Shown here piece by piece: positions 25,353 to 33,100 of a DNA stretch of 45,004 nt. The notes beneath the pieces were generated by a model. That model was not told where the DNA came from, searched no databases, and saw nothing but the letters and a program-made list of their open reading frames with translations. The number at the start of each line of letters is the position of its first letter. Within the stretch, counting starts at the first letter, position 1. The translations under genes were made by a program, and so were the position numbers. Source of the stretch: an uncultured Rikenella sp. (GTDB taxonomy: Bacteria > Bacteroidota > Bacteroidia > Bacteroidales > VadinHA17); the NCBI GenBank assembly GCA_964519065.1, contig CAZFIF010000002.1, forward strand, positions 1 to 45,004, in the 5' to 3' direction.

Positions 25353-26425
25353 GCAGGGAGCATGAGATAGAGAAGCAATATGTCCGTTTTACGGAGCGCA
25401 AGGGGAGGTACCTCTGGCTGGCTGCCCTGGTGACACTGCTGCTCGCTCTCCTGGGACTCGCCCTCGGACCTAGCAGCATCAGCCTCAGCGACCTGCTTTC
25501 ACTGTTCAGTAATGGGGCAGAGGAGCTTAATCGCGGTATCGTGATGCAGATAAGGCTGCCGCGCGTGCTGGCGGGGATAGTGAGCGGCATAGCACTGTCG
25601 GTCAGCGGTGTGGTGATGCAGAGCGTGCTGCGCAATCCCCTGGGATCGCCCTTCACCCTCGGTATAAGCAACGCTGCCGCCTTCGGTGCTGCCTTTGCGG
25701 TGATAATCTTCGGGGCAGGAAGCATGAACAGCAGCACCAACGACGCCGTACTCATTGCAAACCCTTATATAGTCACACTCTCGGCATTCTTCTGGTCGCT
25801 CATGGCCTGCTTCCTGATACTGCTGGTGGCCAGGCACAGGGGGGCCACCCCTGAGAATATGATCCTTACCGGTATCATTGCCAGCTCGCTCTTTTTGGCG
25901 TTGACATCAGCCATCCAGTACCTGGCCGACGATGTGCAGCTGGCTGCCATCGTCTTCTGGACCTTTGGCGACCTGAGCAAGGGAGGATGGCGCGAGCTGA
26001 CGATACAGGTGATCATCCTGCTGCCGGTGATGATCTATTTCTACCGCAACCGGTGGAACTACAACGCCCTGGATGCGGGTGATGAGACCGCACGCAGCCT
26101 GGGGGTCAATATCGGCAGGCTGAGGCTCACCGCCATGATCGTCGCCTCGCTGGCCACGGCGACGGTGGTCTCGTTCTACGGTATCATTGCCTTCGTGGGA
26201 CTGGTGGTGCCTCATATGGTCAGGAGGGTCATCGGCAGCGATGAGCGGTTCCTGATACCCGGAGCAGCCCTCGCCGGCGGCGCCTTCATGGTTGGATGCG
26301 ACATCGTTGCACGGACACTCATCTCACCCATGGTGCTGCCGGTAGGCATTCTGACATCGATAATAGGCGCACCGTTGTTTATATTGCTGCTTGTCAGGGG
26401 GAAAGGAGGGGCGCAGTGGAAATGA
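25349..26425 (+). CDS. FecCD/BtuC-family ABC permease
   Basis: 358 aa. LRLPRVLAGIVSGIALSVSGVVMQSVLRNPLGSPFTLGISNAAAFG is the FecCD signature. About 9-10 TM segments. ATGA overlap with the upstream gene. Confidence 0.9.
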   Translation: MSREHEIEKQYVRFTERKGRYLWLAALVTLLLALLGLALGPSSISLSDLLSLFSNGAEELNRGIVMQIRLPRVLAGIVSGIALSVSGVVMQSVLRNPLGSPFTLGISNAAAFGAAFAVIIFGAGSMNSSTNDAVLIANPYIVTLSAFFWSLMACFLILLVARHRGATPENMILTGIIASSLFLALTSAIQYLADDVQLAAIVFWTFGDLSKGGWRELTIQVIILLPVMIYFYRNRWNYNALDAGDETARSLGVNIGRLRLTAMIVASLATATVVSFYGIIAFVGLVVPHMVRRVIGSDERFLIPGAALAGGAFMVGCDIVARTLISPMVLPVGILTSIIGAPLFILLLVRGKGGAQWK

Positions 26426-27180
26426 TAACCCTCTCCGGCGTCCGGTTTGCATATAACGGCATTCCGGTCATCAAAGGCATAACCCACAGCTTTGAAAAGG
26501 GCTCTTTCACTGCCCTCCTTGGGCCGAACGGTTCGGGTAAGAGTACCCTCATCAGACTTATTAACGGAATCCTCACGCCGCAGGCAGGCATGGTGGAGGT
26601 GATGGGCCGCAGTGCCGGCAGCATCAGCGCAAGGGAGATGGCAAGGGAGATGGCATATGTGCCACAGATGCAGTATAACACCTTCCCGGCCACGGTGTTC
26701 GACACCGTCCTGCTGGGCCGTAATCCCTATATCAGCTGGTCGCCCGGCAAGGACGACCGCAGGATCACGGCGGAGATACTGGTAAGACTCGGCCTCGATG
26801 ACATTGCGCTCAAGGATCTCAACAAACTCAGCGGTGGGCAGCGGCAGCAGGTTTTCATCGCCAGGGCGCTGGCACAGCAGCCGTCGGTGATACTCCTCGA
26901 TGAGCCGACAGCCAACCTCGACCTCCGGCATCAGCATGAGATACTGCGCCTGCTAGCAGAGCTAGCCGCGGGCGGCATCACCGTGCTGGTGGCCATACAC
27001 GATCTCAACCTCGCCCTGAAGTATTGCAGTGAGTTTATCTTGCTCCACGACGGGCAGGTGAGGGCCGAGGGTGGGAGTGATATCTTCAGCGAGAAACTGA
27101 TAGAGGAAATATACGGGGTAAGGATAAAGATAATACGGCATGAGGGAGAGATGTTCATCCTGCCCACAGAGCCGCTGTAG
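26422..27180 (+). CDS. ABC ATPase (FecE/BtuD-like)
   Basis: 252 aa from the ATG at 26422, with ATGA overlap on the permease stop. Walker A GPNGSGKST, signature LSGGQRQQ, Walker B ILLDEPTANLD, H-loop AIHDLN. The track start at 26296 lies inside the permease and is rejected. Confidence 0.9.
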   Translation: MITLSGVRFAYNGIPVIKGITHSFEKGSFTALLGPNGSGKSTLIRLINGILTPQAGMVEVMGRSAGSISAREMAREMAYVPQMQYNTFPATVFDTVLLGRNPYISWSPGKDDRRITAEILVRLGLDDIALKDLNKLSGGQRQQVFIARALAQQPSVILLDEPTANLDLRHQHEILRLLAELAAGGITVLVAIHDLNLALKYCSEFILLHDGQVRAEGGSDIFSEKLIEEIYGVRIKIIRHEGEMFILPTEPL

Positions 27181-27200
27181 CAAACTTAAGCAGGTCAATA

Positions 27201-27587
27201 ATGAATATGAAAATAGAGGTCATCGGCTACGTGCACAATGATTGGGAGAGTGCCGAACCGGGTGATGCCGACAGGATGAAGGAGAGCGTATCCACCATAG
27301 AGGTTAGGGAGCAGTTTGCCGATGCGCTCTACAGGATCGAAAAGTACAGCGAGCTCAACATCATCTTTTACTTTGACCGTTCCGACGGTTATGAGCTTCG
27401 CACTGTCACCCGGTCAGGAGAGGTGAGGGGTGTCTTTGCATGCTGCACCCCCCGCAGGCCGAGCATGATAGGCATGACCACCGTCAGGCTCCTGGGTGTT
27501 GAAGGGAATACTCTTACCGTCACCGGCCTCGACGCACTGAACAACACCCCGGTGCTCGACATCAAGCCGGTGGTAATGGGCCGTTAA
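27201..27587 (+). CDS. Stand-alone TsaA/TrmO-like (UPF0066/YaeB N-terminal beta-barrel) domain protein
   Basis: 128 aa. IGYVHN..., RRPSMIGMTTVRLLGVEGNTLTVTGLDALNNTPVLDIKP is the characteristic TsaA-like core (RPNxIG...G.D..dGTPvLDIKP). It begins 20 nt after the ATPase stop. Confidence 0.75.
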   Translation: MNMKIEVIGYVHNDWESAEPGDADRMKESVSTIEVREQFADALYRIEKYSELNIIFYFDRSDGYELRTVTRSGEVRGVFACCTPRRPSMIGMTTVRLLGVEGNTLTVTGLDALNNTPVLDIKPVVMGR

Positions 27588-27662
27588 TGTCTCCCGTGCA
27601 AATAACTCTGCCCGCTAATCCAGGTGCTGTCGATAAAAGAGTAAATTTGAGATAAAAATATC

Positions 27663-28019
27663 ATGAGTCTGTCAATACTGAAATGGCTTGCCAGGATATT
27701 GTCTATGGCAGCTATACTTTTCCTCGTAATGTTCTCTTTTGATGCCTTCGGAGGCGACGAGCCCTTTGGCCGGCAACTGACCGGTTTTCTGATACATAAT
27801 ATCCCCGCATTTCTGCTGATTTTTTCCCTTATTATTGCCTGGAAATATGAAATTGCCGGGGGAGTGCTGTTCCTGCTGGCATTTGTTGCAATGGGAGTAT
27901 GGTTTAAGTCCTTTGCCGGGAACAGCGCCTCACTGATTGTCATCTCCCCATTCTTTATCGCAGGATGTGCCTTTATCATCCATGCGCTGCTCTCCGCCAG
28001 AAAGGGACGGCAGGCATAG
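27663..28019 (+). CDS. Small polytopic membrane protein of unknown family
   Basis: 118 aa with four clear hydrophobic segments (ILSMAAILFLVMF, IPAFLLIFSLIIAW, GGVLFLLAFVAMGVW, LIVISPFFIAGCAFIIHALL). Same strand as the nik-like operon and 75 nt downstream of it. Preferred over the antisense ORF 27584-27979. Confidence 0.55.
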   Translation: MSLSILKWLARILSMAAILFLVMFSFDAFGGDEPFGRQLTGFLIHNIPAFLLIFSLIIAWKYEIAGGVLFLLAFVAMGVWFKSFAGNSASLIVISPFFIAGCAFIIHALLSARKGRQA

Positions 28020-28025
28020 AACAGT

Positions 28026-28541
28026 CTATCTTTCCCTGTCAGTGTCTGTCAGGTCACCGTAGAATGATATTTGCTGCCTGTTGCTGCTGTTGACCTTCAG
28101 CGTAGCCGATCCTGTTTCCCCGATATGAAAGGTATATTCCAGCCTGTCATTTTTGTTTTCGGTTTTGAATGAAATCACCCAGCCTCCTTCTTTCCACTTC
28201 TCTACCCTGAGATCACTGATTTCTCCCTTGAAGCTCAGGGGAGAATCAGTGCTTCCGTACTCAGCACGGTATGCCCTGCCGAAATAGGGGAGGTAAGAAT
28301 CGATTTTACTCTCAGTTACAATCACCCTGTATGAGGAGGTCAGTGTTCTGCTTCTGCCGGATACGGGCAACATCTGTGTGGCATCAAACTGCCATGTGCC
28401 GGCGTTTACCAGTGCCTGTGTCTTTTCAACCAGTTGAGCCTTTTGGGCAGCCTTTGCCTCTTTGCGTGTCATCCGGGTTTCCTGGGCATGCAGCATGCTT
28501 ACAGAAACCAGCATCAACAATATGATTGATAGTTTTTTCAT
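28026..28541 (-). CDS. Secreted protein, probably DUF4251-like (lipocalin-like, Bacteroidetes)
   Basis: 171 aa from the ATG at 28541 (MKKLSIILLMLVSVSMLHAQ signal peptide). Lys/Ala-rich helix, then a beta-rich body with SYLPYFGRAY. The family assignment is from memory of the DUF4251 pattern and is tentative. Confidence 0.55.
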   Translation of the reverse strand: MKKLSIILLMLVSVSMLHAQETRMTRKEAKAAQKAQLVEKTQALVNAGTWQFDATQMLPVSGRSRTLTSSYRVIVTESKIDSYLPYFGRAYRAEYGSTDSPLSFKGEISDLRVEKWKEGGWVISFKTENKNDRLEYTFHIGETGSATLKVNSSNRQQISFYGDLTDTDRER

Positions 28542-28639
28542 GGCTTCACTTTTTTCATTTTTAACAACAATTTTCATGCCTTTCGGTATGCCATGACAGA
28601 GTTACATGAATCCATACGGCTATAGTTCTGGTTCCATTG

Positions 28640-28782
28640 CCGGTGAACGCGGTTAGCTGCGACTGACAATCCTAATGTGACACTTCCCGGTGAATTACAG
28701 CTGCGGAGGCGGACAATGCACGAGTGAGACTTCAAGGTGAATTCTGACTGCTGCGGATGAAAATTCACTACTGAGGTCTTCC
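28640..28782. repeat. Three degenerate tandem units with exact 47-nt phasing in a non-coding gap
   Basis: GGTGAA occurs at 28642, 28689 and 28736 (spacing 47 and 47). Each is followed 11-14 nt later by GCTGCG(A/G) (28656, 28700, 28750). Each unit ends in GTGAcACTTC / GTGAgACTTC / cTGAGgtCTTC-like tails. A 47-nt period is not a multiple of 3. Confidence 0.6.
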
Positions 28783-28912
28783 AATCCTATTTCCGGACCC
28801 GGGCTCGGATCAGTATAGGGCCAGACTGGTGCTTCAGGGCAGCGAAACAGCACCTTGAGAATTACAAGACCGATTTGCAGGTACTATTTAATCTATTCTG
28901 AGGCCTGGCTTA

Positions 28913-29932
28913 TCACCGCCATTCTGCATATCCGATACCGCCTCCCACGAAAACATTGTTTGTGGTGCTTGAATACCACATCCTTAGCTTTGTTCCCGTG
29001 CCCTGCAATACCGTTGGCCAGCCGACATAAGTAATATCCCAGCCAGTGTGAATATTGCACACTACAACAACAGGATTATCAGCATCGCGCTCCCAGGTAA
29101 TGCCATCCGGAGAGGTGGCATGGCCGATGAGCCAGGAGCCGAACTCACCGCCTCCATACCACATCTCGAAGCCTGTGCCATTGTGGATTACGCTGCCGGC
29201 TTGTACCCTTGGGAAATCCCATTTCCCATTTCCTCCGTTATCCAGCACCGGGTTTCCCGGATGACGGGTCCAGTTCGCTCCGTCATCAGAGGTGGCATAT
29301 CCTACCTTAATTTCAGTGCCGTTTGATCCATTGTACCACATGTGGAATTTATTGTCACGGTAGAGTACCGGACCGGAAGACTGATCTACTCCTTCCCACC
29401 CGGTCTGGCTGGCTGGCATCAGGACAGGATTCGACGCACTCTTTGTCCATGTAACTCCGTCGGGGGAGGTGGCATAACCGATGTGTTCATTCTGCATATC
29501 TCTCCCGGTATACCACATGTGAAACGTGTTTCCTGCTTTTACAACATAAGGCATATAAACCATATGTTCTTCAAAGCTGCCTTCCGCACCCTTTACCAGT
29601 ACAGGATTTGCAGGGTCCTTTGTCCATACAAAGCCATCCGGAGAGGTGGCATGACCTATTGCAAACGGTACATTCTGACCCTCTATTATCGCTCCGCCAT
29701 ACCACATATGGTAAACATTATCAATAAAAAGAACAGAGGCCTGAATCAGCGTGCTCTCATCCCATGAACCTTCTGTACCTGACATCACGGGAGTATAGTT
29801 CTTAATCCAGGATGCTTCAGCTTCTTCTTCTTCAGGATCAGGACAAAGCCAATCACAACCAGTGGCTGTTAAAAATATCAATCCCATCAAAAACCATGGG
29901 AGAATCCGGATTCTTGCTTTAGTACTTTTCAT
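28913..29932 (-). CDS. Lipoprotein with a five-bladed beta-propeller, glycoside-hydrolase-like (GH43/GH32/GH130-type fold), specificity unknown
   Basis: 339 aa. Lipobox LTATGC. Five internal repeats: (Y/F)(H/E/R)MWY at YHMWYGG, FHMWYTG, FHMWYNG, FEMWYGG and LRMWYSS. Each is followed by G(H/Y)ATS(P/D)DGxxW(T/E)(K/R)xxxNPV(L/V) (Asp-box-like). Confidence 0.75.
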   Translation of the reverse strand: MKSTKARIRILPWFLMGLIFLTATGCDWLCPDPEEEEAEASWIKNYTPVMSGTEGSWDESTLIQASVLFIDNVYHMWYGGAIIEGQNVPFAIGHATSPDGFVWTKDPANPVLVKGAEGSFEEHMVYMPYVVKAGNTFHMWYTGRDMQNEHIGYATSPDGVTWTKSASNPVLMPASQTGWEGVDQSSGPVLYRDNKFHMWYNGSNGTEIKVGYATSDDGANWTRHPGNPVLDNGGNGKWDFPRVQAGSVIHNGTGFEMWYGGGEFGSWLIGHATSPDGITWERDADNPVVVVCNIHTGWDITYVGWPTVLQGTGTKLRMWYSSTTNNVFVGGGIGYAEWR

Positions 29933-30091
29933 TTTCTCAAGTTTTGGTTAATATGTGCAAGTTAAGATCTGCCCTGTGGACCTGCTGTCGGAAAAGTCTC
30001 AAACTTGGACCCGGGAGTCCCACATGTAATTCGGGATTTATTTTAATTTCTGCGCAAGCCAATAATTCTAAATTATTATTCGCTTCTACTC

Positions 30092-30110
30092 AATCAATCT
30101 TTGATTGATT
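30092..30110. promoter_or_regulatory. Perfect 8-bp inverted repeat in the propeller/HTCS divergent region
   Basis: AATCAATC-ttt-GATTGATT followed by ATTTTTT. It lies 29 nt upstream of the HTCS ATG (30139). It could be an operator or a weak hairpin. Confidence 0.25.
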
Positions 30111-30138
30111 ATTTTTTCGTAACTTACTTACCGGCTGA

Positions 30139-33100
30139 ATGCTGATTTGTCCGGCTCTCAACCTAAATCGTGGCGTTCAAATGCATGATAAGTGGGTTCA
30201 TAACGTCATTTGCCGTATTGGTCTTGCCCTGCTCTGTCTCCCTGCGTGGGCTCTCATCTTTTCCCTTCCGGTCCGCGCACAGCCCGCGGGATGGGATATT
30301 ACATATTTCTCAACCGAAGACGGCCTCTCCTCAAACCATGTCAACTGCGTCACCAAAGACAGCCGGGGGTTTATCTGGGTGGGAACCGACAACGGGCTTA
30401 ACCGTTTTGACGGCTATACTTTTACCACCCTCAGGCTTCCATCCGGAGCCCTGCATCCACTCTCGACCCTCAAGGTGCTTACTGTCATGGAGGACAGCGA
30501 CAGCATACTCTGGATAGGGACCTCCGACGGACTGTTCAGATTCAACCCGGTCAATCCGCTAAGCGACATCAGGCAGTACAGGTATCTTGAAAAACCGGAG
30601 GCACATACCTATCGGGTTTTTCAGCCGGTATGGGAAATTTGTGAGGACAAAAACGGACTCTTCTGGCTTATATGCATGGACCCCGACGAGGGGATTCCCG
30701 GGGATATTCGGACATTCGACAGGGTCACCGGGGCCTTCGAATGCATTTTCCCCGACAGTTCGTTCACCCTTGAAGAAGATGAGGCTGTTATGAGGTCTTT
30801 TGCCACTCAGATATTTTCTGACAGCAGGGGAGATCTCTGGATAGGCGCCCTGACCGGGCTGTACAGGTACGATTTTGAAACCGGCACTTTCGAAAGATTT
30901 GTGCCGTTCCAGGAGAGCCCGAAGCCTTACATCAGCTGGATAATAAGAATATATGAAGACCGATTCGGAAATTTCTGGACCTCCAACATATACGGCATCT
31001 CCCAGTTCGACAGGGAAAGCCATACTTTCGGTAAGCACATGCCACTTGAGGTCAAGCAAACGTGGCGTGAAGGATTTCACTCAGTGGTTTACAGCTTTGG
31101 GGAGGACAGTAACGGGTATCTCTGGATGCGTGTGAACCAGAGCCTGCTGAGACTGATGCATCAGCCGGAGGGTTTCCCTGATCCCGGGAACATTGAAAGT
31201 TACGAAACTGACTTTACAGTGGTTGAGATCAATCCCGAGTTCTCCTTTTTTCTCGAGAGCCCCTGGCTGGCGTGGCTGGGAGTGCCCGACCGCGGCCTGT
31301 GCCGTGTAACTGTCAGGCGTAATGAATTCCGTTCAATTAAACCAACATCTCTTAATGTGTCCGGGATAAATGACAGGGACATGGTTCATTCACTCTTTAT
31401 CGGCACAGATGATAGAATATGGATTTCCAATGACGGCGCTGATAATGTGGCAAATTACGACATCGCAAATGACAGGCTGAACCTGTACCGGATCTTTCCC
31501 GGGGAGTCTGTTGATGATATAGAGACAGATCAGAATGGTGATCTCTGGTTTGCCTCACGATATGGCAACATCGCCCGGGCAACGGTTGCCGGCAAAGAGG
31601 ATATAAGCTTTACCTTCTACCATCCTGACCTTAAGAATCCGGCTGCCATAACTCCACGCCATGAGATCTACGCACAGAGAAAGGGCGAGGCCTCTACCCA
31701 CATGTGGGAACATCTTCTCTACAGGGAGAGGAATGGTACTCTCTGGTTCAATTCCGGACGTGGCATACACGACAGGTACGATCGCGACACTGGCGGGTTT
31801 ATTCACCTCGACCACAGAACAGCCGGTTATATTAACAACGACACCTGTCCGGAACCAGAAGTGGCCGGTGAGATATGGTTCCCATCCTCAGAGGGACTGC
31901 TGAGGCTGCTACCTCCCTTCACCAGGAGTGACCCTCACACCCTTATACCGGAAGCCACCATCGTGTACCGCAACGCGCCAGATGATGATAGCTCACTCAG
32001 CTCCGACTGGGTCAGGACCTTTCATTTCAGTAAATATTATGAGCCGGGAACCATGTGGATAGCAACCATCCGGGGAGGACTGAACAGAATGGTCACAACA
32101 CCGGTTGAGGGCAGCGGGCGGCATGAGGTGCACTTCAGGAATTACACCACCGCTGACGGTCTGTGTGACAATAATGTACTGGGAATAATCGAGGACCGTC
32201 GCGGGTACCTGTGGCTGAGCACCATGAACGGCCTCTCGCGCTTCGACCCGCGCACAGAGCAGTTCCACAGCTTCCACAGGAAGGACGGACTGCCAACCAA
32301 TAATTTCGGTTGGGCGGATCCCGCCATTAATTCTTCAGGGGAGCTATTCTTCCCTACTGAGGCGGGTGTGCTATGGTTCCATCCTGATAGCATTCGCATC
32401 AACAGTGATGTGCCTCCTGTATTTATCACCGGGTTCCGGATCAATAATGATCCGGTCTATCCCGGGGAAAAATCCCCGCTGCAAAAAGAGATAACGGAGA
32501 CACAGTCAGTGGAGCTCACCTACAAACAGAATTTTCTCTCTTTTGAGTTTGCTGCCCTCAATTTTGAAAATCCCGAAAGGAATCATTACAGATACCTTCT
32601 GGAGGGTTTTGAGAGAGATTGGACATATTCAGAATCGAGGAGGTATGTGGAATATAGAAATCTTAAACCCGGGAGCTATACATTCAGGGTACAGGGGTCA
32701 AACAACAGCGGAGTCTGGAATGAGGAGGGCGCCTCACTCGCGATCATAATTCGTAATCCGCCCTGGCAGACATGGTGGGCATATGCCATCTATTTCCTGA
32801 TTCTTGCCGGGATACTCCTGTGGTACAGACGGTTCCTGATGAACAGGGAGCAACTGAAGGCTGCCGTCGAGGTAGAACGGGCGGAAAAAGAGAAGATCCG
32901 CGCTATCGATGCTTTCAGGTCGCGCTTCTTTACCAACATTTCCCATGAGTTCCGTACTCCTCTGACGCTGGTGGCCGGCCCGTTGGAAGACTCACTGAAA
33001 ACCGACCGGGAGACGGTGCCTGTCGGAAAGAATGTCCTTCAGTCGATGCTGCGAAACACCCGGCGGCTGCAGAGGCTGATAAACCAGCTGCTTGATATCT

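Noticed and set aside
27584-27979. 131-aa minus-strand ORF overlapping the small membrane-protein gene.
   Set aside because: The plus-strand frame encodes four clean hydrophobic helices and continues the operon direction. The minus-strand translation has no coherent features.
28574-28768. 64-aa minus-strand ORF across the 47-nt repeat region.
   Set aside because: It has no plausible start context or family resemblance. The repeat period (47) is out of frame, so the repeats are not reflected in the peptide. The region is better treated as non-coding.
28578-28912. Possible cobalamin riboswitch (GGTGAA...ACAGC and AGTCAGAA-like strings on the two strands).
   Set aside because: The pieces do not assemble into the conserved core (no GGTGAAAATCC...CCCCGC, no GCCACTG B12-box partner). 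The matching fragments lie on opposite strands and there is no B12-related downstream gene. A covariance-model scan would be decisive, and I could not run one.
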